Below, one piece after another: positions 40,617-54,310 of a stretch of 64,000 nt of DNA. Within the stretch, counting starts at the first letter, position 1. Every line of letters starts with the position of its first letter. The DNA comes from Macrostomum lignano (lineage: Eukaryota). The DNA lies in NCBI GenBank assembly GCA_002269645.1, contig NIVC01001798.1, forward strand, positions 62,001 to 126,000, written 5' to 3'. The notes beneath the pieces were generated by a model, which had not been told where the DNA came from, searched no databases, and saw only the letters and a program-made list of their open reading frames with translations. The translations under genes were made by a program, and so were the position numbers.

Positions 40617-41552
40617 CAAGTGCAGTCACATTAGTTTGGGGCTAAATTGGATTCTCGGCTTGGCTCTGCTCGTGCAATTAACGTCATTGAGGCCCAACCC
40701 CCAAGGCACAGTGAAGTGTACATTCCTGACGATAAATAAAGTTAGGGCCGCTGTACACTCCTGTGTGAGTGTGTGCCTGCGCGTATGACTGCGTACGTAT
40801 CCGCGCGCTTGTGTGCCTGCTCAGGGGAGTCGGCGGAACGGGCAGCAATGCCTCTCGCCGGTTGTGTGACTTTAATAAAAAATATCTCTATTAAATTTTG
40901 CAACACTGCGAGATGAACAAGTGTCTTTTCAAGTAAGACAATTAACGATTGTACATGTACAAAGTCAGGCAACATCTCCGTCGCTCTCCGCTTGTGTGGT
41001 GCTGCCGTGCCGGGCCTGTCCGTCACTCTCCACCTTTTGTGATAGTCTTTTGTAGCAGTTGCTGCAAAGTTTCTTTGTTCTTCCATGTAGACGACTTGCA
41101 CAGCTGTGCGAACGAGCTTAGTTTTCAGCTTTTCTTCCTTCGGTTTTGACAAGCAGGCGACGATGTAAAACGTAGATGAAATGCCGCTTGTAGAATGTGT
41201 TCGGAATTATAATTAGTTCAAGGCCAACAGGATATGATAATAACGTACTCTATAGGAAAACTCGTTGGCAGGCACTTAATGACGAAAATGAATCGAAAAC
41301 TAATGATATTTCCATTTGTTTTTTCAATAGTTAACGAATGGGCAATATGTCGGCGTTACATATTATGATCAACGTATTTTCTCTATAAAGTACATATTGT
41401 TTTTATTGTCAGGCAAAGCGAACAAATCAAGTGACAAGCTTTTTGTGTCAAAACGCATGAAAGTACAAACGTGAGGTTTGATTTCTAATTATTCACCTCG
41501 TTATGCTTAGTACTTTCCTTCAGAAGTCCTTAGTTGCACTACTGAATCGAGG

Positions 41553-41891
41553 TCAAGGTATGGTCACCTGAACCCGTTTAACAGACATTCGCCTATTGGA
41601 AACTGTTGTGCTGTTATGAGATCCGACAGTTTGGCTGGCAGCAGTGCCAGCGTCGACAACTCTGAAGCCGGATCGCTTCGCCGACTCGAGCTCTTGGTCG
41701 CGATGCCGCAGAACAGTCAGCAGGTCGTCGCTTAGATGACAGCCGGCCAGCTCCCCAGCCGATGGAAGGCCAAGAGGCAGGTTGAGAGTCACCAGCGAGT
41801 AGGCCCGACTGCCCAGGGTGCACAACAGGCCGGCGGCCAGCTGCAGCACCCGACTGTGACAGGTCAGCGGGGGCAGACGGGCACCGGCGAG
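41553..41891 (-). CDS. Cys-rich protein, exon 4 (terminal, or spliced at 41568 to a further exon 41137-40742)
   Basis: Acceptor CACGCAG|CTC in phase 0, LAGARLPPLTCHSRVLQLAAG...RVQVTIP*. An internal donor CAG|GTGACC (41567) is phase-compatible with acceptor CGAAG|GAA at 41137. Confidence 0.65.
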   Translation of the reverse strand, partial: LAGARLPPLTCHSRVLQLAAGLLCTLGSRAYSLVTLNLPLGLPSAGELAGCHLSDDLLTVLRHRDQELESAKRSGFRVVDAGTAASQTVGSHNSTTVSNRRMSVKRVQVTIP

Positions 41892-41959
41892 CTGCGTGGG
41901 TGAAGGCCGACAATCAAGTTGAGAATGCGATTGTGCAACTGTCAGTCAATTATCACTTA

Positions 41960-42660
41960 AGCACTCACTCACTAACTCAGTTACTCATTCACTCACTCAC
42001 TCACTCATTCACTCACTCACTCACTCATTCACTCACTCACTCACTCATTCACTCCCTCATTCATTCACTCACTCACTCACTCACTCACTCCCTCATTCAT
42101 TCACTCCCTCATTCATTCACTCACTCACTCACTCATTCACTCCCTCATTCATTCACTCATTCATTCAATCCCTCATTCATTCACTCACTCACTCATTCAC
42201 TCCCTCATTCATTCAATCCCTCATTCATTCACTCAATCATTCACTCCCTCATATATTCAATCCCTCATTAATTCACTCACTCACTCATTCACTCCCTCAT
42301 TCATTCAATCCCTCATTAATTCACTCATTCATTCAATCCCTCATTCATTCACTCATTCATTCAATCCCTCATTCATTCACTCACTCACTCACTCACTCAT
42401 TCACTCACTCATTCACTCCCTCATTCATTCAATCCCTCATTCATTCATTCACTCACTCACTCACTCATTCATTCAATCCCTCATTCATTCACTCACTCAC
42501 TCACTCATTCACTCACTCATTCACTCCCTCATTCATTCAATCCCTCATTCATTCACTCACTCACTCACTCATTCACTCCCTCATTCATTCAATCCCTCAT
42601 TCATTCACTCACTCATTCACTCCCTCATTCGTCATTCACTCACTCACTCACTCATTCACT
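41960..42660. repeat. (CACT/CATT)n compound microsatellite
   Basis: Direct reading; intron 3 of the Cys-rich gene. Confidence 0.95.
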
Positions 42661-42663
42661 CAC

Positions 42664-43542
42664 CTGAGCGCCCTGTCGCGCAACCAGAGCGGCCTTGAGC
42701 GAGTGTCCCAGCAGCAGGCAGAGATCGGAGCCGGGCTCCAGGGCTGAGCAGCGGCCGCACAAATCCACCAGGCATCGAAGACGCCGCAGTGAAGGCTCGA
42801 CTGGCGGCTCTAGGAACGGCGCCGACGAACAGCTTGGCGCGGCAGCATCCTTCGTAGCCGTTGTCGAATCTGCCGTCGTCAGGACCTGCCGCTGCTGCAC
42901 TGCTAGCCGGCGACAAGCCAAGCAGCAGGCGGCATCGCGGTCAAGCATCAGCACCTGGCAGCGACGCGAGTGCCGACGCCTGCCGCCGCTGCCACTGACA
43001 CCGCCGCACAGGGAAAGGTCGGGCAGCTCGCCGAGCAGGCATCGCAGATAAACGCAGGCAATCTCGGCGACGGCTGCCGGCAGCGGCACCGTCAGGGAGG
43101 CGCCGGAGCCAGAATCGGCCGACAGTCGCAACTCGACATAGTCGGCCACGCTCCCGCCGAGGTGCAGCCGGACAACCGGACAGCGCTCGGACAGTCTCGG
43201 CCGAAGCTCGACAACAGATCCGTCTAGGGCGACCAGTGGACTTTGGAAATCGGCGGAGACCAGCCGATCCGGGAACAGGCGGCAGCCGGGGCCGAAAGCC
43301 AAACCCGACGTTGACGTCGCTGAGCAGTCGGTCGAGTGCCGATCCCAGACGTTGTCGGGCAAGTCAAGTAGCCGGTCGGCGAGGCGGCGTTCCAAATCGG
43401 TTCGAGAGGCGGCATGCAGACCGGCTGAGAAGCTCCGCGCCAACTGGATGCGTCGACGGCGCCGCTGCTCAGACAGAACTGAAGCTTCGAGCGAGTCAGC
43501 TGACAGCGAAACTGGCGGCTGGGGCGGCGGCGGCGCTGGCAC
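42664..43542 (-). CDS. Cys-rich protein, exon 3
   Basis: Acceptor GCCGCAG|GTG, donor CAG|GTGAGT; 879 nt open; GC-rich; motifs RHSTDC, RHSRRCQVLMLDRDAACCLACRRL, CLVDLCGRC. Confidence 0.75.
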
Positions 43543-43734
43543 CTGCGGCAATTTGAACAGAGGTTCGCATGTACTTTTAAATTAATTGCTGCCTGAGCAA
43601 ATAGCCGACACTTGAGGTTCGATTGATCCTATTGTGCCAGGCCTGTCTGTCACTCGATTGTCTCCTCGTCACGCTGTTGCATCTCAATTGTCACTCCATT
43701 GCATCTTTACTGTCACTCTATTATCTCCCCGTCA

Positions 43735-44465
43735 CCCCAATGTGTCTTCATCGTCACTCCGTTGTGTCTCTATCGTCACTCCGTTGTGTCTCTATTGTCA
43801 CTCCATTGTGTCTCTATTGTCACTCCATTGTGTCTCTATAATCACTCCATTGTGTCTCTATAATCACTCCATTGTGTCTCTATTATCACTCCATTGTCTC
43901 TATTATCACTCCATTGTCTCTATTATCACTCCATTGTCTCTATTATCACTCCATTGTGTCTCTATTGTCACTCCATTGTGTCTATTGTCACTCCATTGTG
44001 TCTCTATTGTCACTCCATTGTGTCTCTATCGTCACTCCGTTGTGTCTCTATTGTCACTCCGTTGTGTCTCTATTGTCACTCCATTGTGTCTCTATTGTCA
44101 CTCCATTGTGTCTCTATAATCACTCCATTGTGTCTCTATAATCACTCCATTGTGTCTCTATTATCACTCCATTGTCTCTATTATCACTCCATTGTCTCTA
44201 TTATCACTCCATTGTCTCTATTATCACTCCATTGTGTCTCTATTGTCACTCCATTGTGTCTATTGTCACTCCATTGTGTCTCTATTGTCACTCCATTGTG
44301 TCTCTATCGTCACTCCGTTGTGTCTCTATTGTCACTCCATTGTGTCTCTATTAATCACTCCATTGTGTCTCTATTAATCACTCCATTGTGTCTCTATAAT
44401 CACTCCATTGTGTCTCTATTATCACTCCATTGTGTCTCTATTGTAACTCCATCTCCATTGTAACT
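43735..44465. repeat. ~20-22-bp minisatellite (CACTCCATTGTGTCTCTATTGT)n
   Basis: Direct reading. Confidence 0.95.
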
Positions 44466-44487
44466 CAATTTAACCCATACGACTCAC

Positions 44488-45018
44488 CCCGCTGGACGGC
44501 AATTCGGCAAAATAGCCACCAACTTCATCGTCATCAACATCCAATTTACTACTAATAAGTAGGCTATTATCTTTCTCGTTAGCGTCTTTAGCTTCGCCAG
44601 CCAGCTGTTGCTCGATGGCCAAGCTGCCGCCGCCAATCAGATTTGAGTGACAGCGCCGACAAGCAAAGTGAAAGACTGTAGCGCTGGTTGCACTGCCGGA
44701 TTCCGATTCGATAGCGTCGACATGAGCGCAACTGGAGCACAGGCGGACTGAGCCGCCGGCGCCACTGCAGTCGTTTAGAAACAGGCCGCTAGGCACCGGC
44801 ACGCTGTGCCTGATGCAGGCCACACCGTAGGTTAAGCAGCTGCACTTGCACAGCAGGCAGACGCGGGCCTCTGGGGCGGGCGCGGGGCCCGGCCCGTGCG
44901 AGGCGGCCAGCTCGCAACCCACAGCTGCGGCGGCTGCGTGCCCGGTGCAAACGGAGTCCAGGGCGCCGCTGCCCGGCCGGAGCTCGTACAGGCCGCAACG
45001 GAGCTTGCAGAGAGGCAC
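44488..45018 (-). CDS. Cys-rich protein, exon 2
   Basis: Acceptor CCGCAG|GTG, donor GGG|GTGAGT; 531 nt; phase 0-0; motifs VCTGH, CLLCKCSC, LCSSC, CRRCH. Confidence 0.75.
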
Positions 45019-45047
45019 CTGCGGTTATCGGGACAGATTGTTAACCA

Positions 45048-45270
45048 TTCCAAGGATCTGGGAGGCGGGTGGCCCAGCAACTCAGGATCTGGGAGACTGG
45101 TGGCCCAGCAACTGAGGATCTGGGACGCTGGCCCAGCAACTGGGGATCTGGGAGGCTGGCCCAGCAACTGGGGATCTGGGAGGCTGGCCCAGCAACTGAG
45201 GATCTAGGAGGCTGCTGGCCCAACAACTGAGGATCTGGGAGGCTGGCACAGCAACTGAGGATCTGGGATT
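45048..45270. repeat. ~28-bp minisatellite (GGCCCAGCAACTGAGGATCTGGGAGGCT)n
   Basis: Direct reading. Confidence 0.9.
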
Positions 45271-45387
45271 CTGGGATAGTACACAGTACTAAGATAGCAG
45301 CTTAGCCTCTAGACGAGCAATTCGACAAAACAAACAATAACAGCTTTAGCAAATCACGCATCTTTGATCACTTTTCACCCCTCACAC

Positions 45388-45684
45388 CTTCGCAGGCCCG
45401 CTCAGCTCAAGTGTGCAGCCGGCAATGCAGCAGTTCTGCTTCCTGTCCAGCTCAGACTCCAGCCGGAAGCCGCCCAAGCACTGCCCCAGCTGAACTGGCC
45501 ACTCAGCGGCCACAACTTCTTGACAGTCTTCCTCGTCGCTAGAGTCTTCGCTGCTGTTTCGGCCAGACGGGCCAGCCAAAGGCAGTCCAAAAACTTCAAG
45601 CCGCGGTCGCTTCATTGGGCCCTTGGGTCGGCCGCGACACAGGAGTCGCCTTTTCTTAGCTTTTCTCTTGGCAATTGGAGGCAT
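45388..45684 (-). CDS. Uncharacterised Cys-rich putative nuclear protein, exon 1
   Basis: MPPIAKRKAKKRR...MKRPR (NLS-like), acidic SSEDSSDEED, NCCIAGC; donor AAG|GTGTGA in phase 0. Confidence 0.7.
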
Positions 45685-48599
45685 CCCGTTCTTATGAGCA
45701 CTGAAGGAGGCAGGCAACACTTTATAAGCACAATCTCTGAAATTACACTAGCCTTGCAACTTACCACCAATTTCTTTGTGCAACTTGATTTGGTTTCTTA
45801 ATTTTGATTTAAATTTTGCTTACCTGTGCCACTTTCTTAGTATTCAATTTTGAAACTTATCCTTACAAATTATCATCTTATTTACTTACTCTTATTATCA
45901 TATATCAACTTAGACTAAATCTCTTCTAAGTCTATCTATCTGTATAGGATGCTTCACAGACTGAAAGCCTCAACAAATCTTTATTGCATTTTCACCAAAA
46001 AAATCAAATCTTTCAAGGATTATATAGTGAAAAGTTTGTTTCTATGTTTCAATGCAAATAAAATACTAATTGTTATTGAATTAGAATAAGAATCTAAATC
46101 CCAATATAAAAATCCTGACTATCCTAGTAAAATTTGTACTTCTACACCTGTTTGACACCAAAAATCAATACTATATACCCCTATTACTTTTTATCATTTA
46201 AAAAATTCTTTAGACTAATGCAGGCTAGATTGAATTATGGTTACATAAAATTCAAATAAAAATCTTTTTACCTTATAGAGCAAAATTCAAAACAACTGAT
46301 AGAAAATAGGGATATAATAGCCAAATATTTAGAAAACATCAAATATATAACCTTGAAGCAAACAAGTAATTTAATTTATTTATTTTAAAGTTACCCTTAT
46401 ATAGTAACTTAAATTATATTAACTCCCTTGGGTGTCTCATAATGTATCTAATTTAGAGATGCGACAAAATATTTTTGAACCAATTTGATTCAATTTGAAA
46501 ATCTAATAGAACTGCTGATTTTAATAACAATATAAATATTTCAGCCTAGCCCCCCCTATCTTACTACTTATCAATCTCTTGCCAATAGCACTAATTGATA
46601 GTTAAAATGAATTCATTCTACACAAATTGCTATCAAAGTGATTAAATATGGACTGACTTTCATTTTCTGTTTATAAGTAGAATATATTTAAAGTAAAGGA
46701 ATAGGCCTAGTGATAAAAAATTTATTCATAAAGATAGAAAGTTCAACATTTTTTGCATGTTGCTTTGTTGTTTCCATTTTCTTAAAAACTGCTACATAAG
46801 GGAGCACTTTGATAAAGCCATGAATTGCAATGATTAAACCTGTGTGGAAATTAGAAACTGGTCCAATGCAGCTAACTGATAAGACCCAACTAAGGTAAAT
46901 TACCAAAATAGCAAATGCCCATCTTAAAATATAGACAAATGTACTAATTAGATAACTAATATAAATAAATAAATATATAAATCAATAATAAATAAGACAT
47001 TTATAGTTACTCTTGCTGTTTATCCTAAATTGCATTAATTTTTTTCTTTATGGTTTTTTCATGACATAGGCCTAGGTAGGCCTAAGTAGATTTTTTGGTA
47101 GAAAAGTAATGTCATATAGCTAGTGTAAATAACAGGTAGAAGGTAGAAAAAATTTATAAAATCAATCATATAAAACAAACATTTCACTTTAGCCAAAAGT
47201 TTTGGTATATATTAGATGATATATAATGCCTAATATTTTAATAACATTCACCAATTAGAATCCATACCATATTGGCTTAACAACATACATACATGCGCAA
47301 TCCCCTGATTTACACTAGTGTTATTTATGACAGACTAGGGCACAGTCCTATTACATGTAAATATAGTAGGCTGAGCTTGCTGAAGTTGCCAAGGCCTCAT
47401 CAACCGATGAGATCTCATCAACCGAACATGAAAGTGTCATTTTTCGACATTCTCTCATAGATAGCAAAAAAAGTTTAATGTGTAATAAAATGAAACTACT
47501 CCGAAGTTGTTTAAAACATTTTTTTCTTTCAAATGAATGTTCGCTTTACTTTATTGCACAAGTAGAAAAAAAGTTATTGATGATTTTATCTCAAAACCGA
47601 ACGATGATTCTAGGGTATCTTCAAACCGAACAGGGTATCTGACGTTCGGTTTTTGTGTTTGAACACTAATAACTTTTTTATTTCTCGTTCGTTTTTTCTA
47701 AAATATATATCATTGTAAAGATTAATTCATACTCTTTCTAAAAAGTATAACTTTCGCTTAGATAAATGTAGAAAAATATTGTTTATCTGCATTTGAATAG
47801 AGTACCCCCATTGAATAGAAAAATCGTGAATTTTTACCTTTTTGCCATTTCTTTAAACTCTTTCATGCTAAATTGATAAAAAGCCATATTTTTCTACTTA
47901 TTTTAGACAGTCAAATCGGAAAAGCATTAAAGAATTTTTAAAAAACACAAGTTCTTTAAAGCAGAGCTGATACTTTGCCCATTTCGGAGTTCTTCTGAAG
48001 GACCTACTAATGTTTCAGCTTTCAACATAAGCATTTATTTTGGCATTATTACCTTGTTTTTGAAAGAAAAAAGTACCTCTAGTATACTTTTAACCTTTTT
48101 TTATCATATAGTTAATATTTTTCAAAACTTAAGGAAGAAGAATAAAGTAAAAGTAAAAAATTGTAAAAAAACGATTTTTTTGCAAACAAGTTCTTGTAAT
48201 TTTATATTTTATTTTTTCTCATCATACTCGTAAATTTTTACTTCAAGTAGTCGCATGCAAGATGTGAAGAAAAAATGCTGTGGATTCTTAAAATTTTCCA
48301 GAAAACCATCACCTCGTTCTCAGACTGCAATCACTGCAACAAGGTGGACCGCCAAAACCATAGGCTCATTGGCTTCATCTGTTTACCCCAGCCTTGTATA
48401 CATGTAGATTTTTTGCAAAGACAAGAAAGAAAAAGCTCGCAATAAATATTCAAAATCTACTTATCTACGCTCGTATATATAAAGTAAAAATTATACATGT
48501 ATACGTACATGCAGATAGCCATCTGATAATAAACAGCATGAAGTCGACAGACAGGTGGCTGATAGAGAATATATAGGCAGGCCGTTGATAAAGACATAG

Positions 48600-51500
48600 A
48601 TGGGCGGCTGATAGAGATAGAGATAGAGCTGATAGAGATAAGAAAGCTGATAAAGAGGAGAAAGGCAGGCGACTGATAGAGACGAGACAGAAAGGCGGCT
48701 GATAGACAGGAGATAGACAGGCCGCTGATAGAGAGGAGACAGACAGGCCGCTGATAGAGAGGAGACAGACAGGCGACTGATAGAGACGAGACAGAAAGGC
48801 GGCTGATAGAGAGGAGACAGACAGGCGACTGATAGAGACGAGACAGAAAGGCGGCTGATAGAGAGGAGACAGACAGGCCGCTGATAGAGAGGAGACAGAC
48901 AGGCCGCTGATAGAGAGGAGACAGACAGGCCGCTGATAGAGAGGAGACAGACAGGCCGCTGATAGAGAGGAGACAGACAGGCGACTGATAGAGACGAGAC
49001 AGAAAGGCGGCTGATAGAGAGGAGACAGACAGGCGACTGATAGAGACGAGACAGAAAGGCGGCTGATAGAGAGGAGATAGACAGGCCGCTGATAGAGAGG
49101 AGACAGACAGGCCGCTGATAGAGAGGAGACAGACAGGCCGCTGATAGAGAGGAGACAGACAGGCCGCTGATAGAGAGGAGATAGACAGGCCGCTGATAGA
49201 GAGGAGACAGACAGGCAGCTGATAGAGAGGAGACAGACAGGCATGGTTGATGGAGAGGAGACAGACAGGCCGCTGATAGAGAGGAGACAGACAGGCATGG
49301 TTGATGGAGAGGAGACAGACAGGCCGCTGATAGAGAGGAGACAGACAGGCATGGTTGATGGAGAGGAGATAGACAGGCAGCTGATAGAGAGGAGATAGAC
49401 AGGCAGCTGATAGAGAGGAGATAGACAGGCCGCTGATAGAGAGGAGACAGACAGGCAGCTGATAGAGAGGAGATAGACAGGCAGCTGATAGAGAGGAGAC
49501 AGGCAGGCGGCTGATAGAGAGGAGACGGGCGGGTGATAGAGAGGAGACGGGCGGCTGATAGAGAGGAGACGGGCGGCTGATAGAGAGGAGACGGGTGGCT
49601 GATAGAGGGGAGACGGGCGGCTGATAGAGTGGAGATAGACAGAAAGCTGATAAAGAGGAGACAGGCAGGCGGCTGATAGAGAGGAGACAAGCCGCTGATA
49701 GAGAGGAGATAGACAAGCGGCTGATAGAGAGGAGACGGGCGGCTGATAGAGAGGAGACAGGCCGCTGATAGAGAGGAGACAGACAGGCCGCTGATAGAGA
49801 GGAGACAGACAGGCCGCTGATAGAGAGGAGACAGACAGGCCGCTGATAGAGAGGAGACAGACAGGCGACTGATAGAGACGAGACAGAAAGGCGGCTGATA
49901 GAGAGGAGACAGACAGGCGACTGATAGAGACGAGACAGAAAGGCGGCTGATAGAGAGGAGATAGACAGGCCGCTGATAGAGAGGAGACAGGCAGGCCGCT
50001 GATAGAGAGGAGACAGACAGGCCGCTGATAGAGAGGAGACAGACAGGCCGCTGATAGAGAGGAGATAGACAGGCCGCTGATAGAGAGGAGACAGACAGGC
50101 AGCTGATAGAGAGGAGATAGACAGGCCGCTGATAGAGAGGAGACAGACAGGCAGCTGATAGAGAGGAGATAGACAGGCAGCTGATAGAAAGGAGATAGAC
50201 AAGCGGCTGATAGAGAGGAGACGGGCGGCTGATAGAGAGGAGACGGGTGGCTGATAGAGAGGAGACGGGCGGCTGATAGAGAGGAGACGGGTGGCTGATA
50301 GAGAGGAGACGGGCGGCTGATAGAATGGAGATAGACAGAAAGCTGATAAAGAGGAGACAGGCAGGCGGCTGATAGAGAAGAGACAAGCCGCTGATAGAGA
50401 GGAGATAGACAGGCCGCTGATAGAGAGGAGACAGACAGGCAGCTGATAGAGAGGAGACAGACAGGCCGCTGATAGAGAGGAGATAGACAGGCCGCTGATA
50501 GAGAGGAGATAGACAGGCGGCTGATAGAGAGGAGACAGACAGGCCGCTGATAGAGAGGAGATAGACAAGCGGCTGATAGAGAGGAGACGGGCGGCTGATA
50601 GAGAGGAGACAGACAGGCGGCTGATAGAGAGGAGACAGACAGGCGGCTGATAGAGAGGAGATAGACAAGCGGCTGATAGAGAGGAGACGGGCGGCTGATA
50701 GAGAGGAGACAGGCCGCTGATAGAGAGGAGATAGACAGGCATGGTTGATGGAGAGGAGACAGGCAGGCCGCTGATAGAGAGGAGACAGACAGGCATGGTT
50801 GATGGAGAGGAGATAGACAGGCAGCTGATAGAGAGGAGATAGACAGGCAGCTGATAGAGAGGAGATAGACAGGCCGCTGATAGAGAGGAGACAGACAGGC
50901 AGCTAATAGAGAGGAGATAGACAGGCAGCTGATAGAGAGGAGATAGACAGGCAGCTGATAGAGAGGAGATAGACAGGCATGGTTGATGGAGAGGAGACAG
51001 ACAGGCCGCTGATAGAGAGGAGACAGACAGGCATGGTTGATGGAGAGGAGATAGACAGGCAGCTGATAGAGAGGAGATAGACAGGCAGCTGATAGAGAGG
51101 AGATAGACAGGCAGCTGATAGAGAGGAGATAGACAGGCAGCTGATAGAGAGGAGACAGACAGGCAGCTGATAGAGTGGAGATAGACAGAAAGCTGATAAA
51201 GAGGAGACAGGCAGGCGGCTGATAGAGAGGAGACAAGCCGCTGATAGAGAGGAGATAGACAAGCGGCTGATAGAGAGGAGACGGGCGGCTGATAGAGAGG
51301 AGACAGGCCGCTGATAGAGAGGAGACAGACAGGCCGCTGATAGAGAGGAGACAGACAGGCCGCTGATAGAGAGGAGATAGACAGGCCGCTGATAGAGAGG
51401 AGACAGACAGGCGACTGATAGAGACGAGACAGAAAGGCGGCTGATAGAGAGGAGACAGACAGGCGACTGATAGAGACGAGACAGAAAGGCGGCTGATAGA

Positions 51501-54310
51501 GAGGAGATAGACAGGCCGCTGATAGAGAGGAGACAGGCAGGCCGCTGATAGAGAGGAGACAGACAGGCCGCTGATAGAGAGGAGACAGACAGGCCGCTGA
51601 TAGAGAGGAGATAGACAGGCCGCTGATAGAGAGGAGACAGACAGGCAGCTGATAGAGAGGAGATAGACAGGCCGCTGATAGAGAGGAGACAGACAGGCAG
51701 CTGATAGAGAGGAGATAGACAGGCAGCTGATAGAAAGGAGATAGACAAGCGGCTGATAGAGAGGAGACGGGCGGCTGATAGAGAGGAGACGGGTGGCTGA
51801 TAGAGAGGAGACGGGCGGCTGATAGAGAGGAGACGGGTGGCTGATAGAGAGGAGACGGGCGGCTGATAGAATGGAGATAGACAGAAAGCTGATAAAGAGG
51901 AGACAGGCAGGCGGCTGATAGAGAAGAGACAAGCCGCTGATAGAGAGGAGATAGACAGGCCGCTGATAGAGAGGAGACAGACAGGCAGCTGATAGAGAGG
52001 AGACAGACAGGCCGCTGATAGAGAGGAGATAGACAGGCCGCTGATAGAGAGGAGATAGACAGGCGGCTGATAGAGAGGAGACAGACAGGCCGCTGATAGA
52101 GAGGAGATAGACAAGCGGCTGATAGAGAGGAGACGGGCGGCTGATAGAGAGGAGACAGACAGGCGGCTGATAGAGAGGAGACAGACAGGCGGCTGATAGA
52201 GAGGAGATAGACAAGCGGCTGATAGAGAGGAGACGGGCGGCTGATAGAGAGGAGACAGGCCGCTGATAGAGAGGAGATAGACAGGCATGGTTGATGGAGA
52301 GGAGACAGGCAGGCCGCTGATAGAGAGGAGACAGACAGGCATGGTTGATGGAGAGGAGATAGACAGGCAGCTGATAGAGAGGAGATAGACAGGCAGCTGA
52401 TAGAGAGGAGATAGACAGGCCGCTGATAGAGAGGAGACAGACAGGCAGCTAATAGAGAGGAGATAGACAGGCAGCTGATAGAGAGGAGATAGACAGGCAG
52501 CTGATAGAGAGGAGACAGGCAGGCGGCTGATAGAGAAGAGACAAGCCGCTGATAGAGAGGAGATAGACAGGCCGCTGATAGAGAGGAGACAGACAGGCAG
52601 CTGATAGAGAGGAGACAGACAAGCCGCTGATAGAGAGGAGATAGACAGGCCGCTGATAGAGAGGAGACAGACAGGCAGCTGATAGAGAGGAGACAGACAG
52701 GCCGCTGATAGAGAGGAGATAGACAAGCGGCTGATAGAGAGGAGACGGGCGGCTGATAGAGAGGAGACAGACAGGCGGCTGATAGAGAGGAGACAGACAG
52801 GCGGCTGATAGAGAGGAGATAGACAAGCGGCTGATAGAGAGGAGACGGGCGGCTGATAGAGAGGAGACAGGCCGCTGATAGAGAGGAGATAGACAGGCAT
52901 GGTTGATGGAGAGGAGACAGACAGGCCGCTGATAGAGAGGAGACAGACAGGCATGGTTGATGGAGAGGAGATAGACAGGCAGCTGATAGAGAGGAGATAG
53001 ACAGGCAGCTGATAGAGAGGAGATAGACAGGCAGCTGATAGAGAGGAGATAGACAGGCAGCTGATAGAGAGGAGACAGACAGGCAGCTGATAGAGAGGAG
53101 ATAGACAGGCAGCTGATAGAGAGGAGATAGACAGGCAGCTGATAGAGAGGAGACAGACAGGCAGCTGATAGAGAGGAGACAGACAGGCCGCTGATAGAGA
53201 GGAGATAGACAGGCCGCTGATAGAGAGGAGATAGACAGGCGGCTGATAGAGAGGAGACAGACAGGCCGCTGATAGAGAGGAGATAGACAAGCGGCTGATA
53301 GAGAGGAGACGGGCGGCTGATAGAGAGGAGACAGACAGGCGGCTGATAGAGAGGAGACAGACAGGCGGCTGATAGAGAGGAGATAGACAAGCGGCTGATA
53401 GAGAGGAGACGGGCGGCTGATAGAGAGGAGACAGGCCGCTGATAGAGAGGAGATAGACAGGCATGGTTGATGGAGAGGAGACAGACAGGCCGCTGATAGA
53501 GAGGAGACAGACAGGCATGGTTGATGGAGAGGAGATAGACAGGCAGCTGATAGAGAGGAGATAGACAGGCAGCTGATAGAGAGGAGATAGACAGGCAGCT
53601 GATAGAGAGGAGATAGACAGGCAGCTGATAGAGAGGAGACAGACAGGCAGCTGATAGAGAGGAGACAGGCAGGCGGCTGATAGAGAGGAGACGGGCGGGT
53701 GATAGAGAGGAGACGGGCGGCTGATAGAGAGGAGACGGGCGGCTGATAGAGAGGAGACGGGTGGCTGATAGAGGGGAGACGGGCGGCTGATAGAGTGGAG
53801 ATAGACAGAAAGCTGATAAAGAGGAGACAGGCAGGCGGCTGATAGAGAGGAGACAAGCCGCTGATAGAGAGGAGATAGACAAGCGGCTGATAGAGAGGAG
53901 ACGGGCGGCTGATAGAGAGGAGACAGAAAGCTGATAGAGAGGAGACAGACAGGCCGCTGATAGAGAGGAGATAGACAAGCGGCTGATAGAGAGGAGACGG
54001 GCGGCTGATAGAGAGGAGACGGGCGGCTGATAGAGAGGAGACAGACAGGCAGCTTATAGAGAGGAGATAGACAAGCGGCTGATAGAGAGGAGACGGGCGG
54101 CTGATAGAGAGGAGACGGGCGGCTGATAGAGAGGAGACAGGCAGCTTATAGAGAGGAGATAGACAAGCGGCTGATAGAGAGGAGACGGGCGGCTGATAGA
54201 GAGGAGACAGGCAGCTGATAGAGAGGAGACGGGCGGCTGATAGAGAGGAGACGGGCGGCTGATAGAGAGGAGACGGGCGGCTGATAGAGAGTAGACGGGC
54301 GGCTGATGGA
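48600..54310. repeat. ~22-26-bp satellite (GCTGATAGAGAGGAGACAGACAGGCC)n, 5.7 kb, with higher-order duplication
   Basis: Direct reading; diagnostic variants recur 1546 bp apart. Confidence 0.95.

Noticed and set aside
45800-48450. AT-rich block as a NUMT or autonomous transposon
   Set aside because: No recognisable mitochondrial or transposase motif in any frame; probably decayed repeats.
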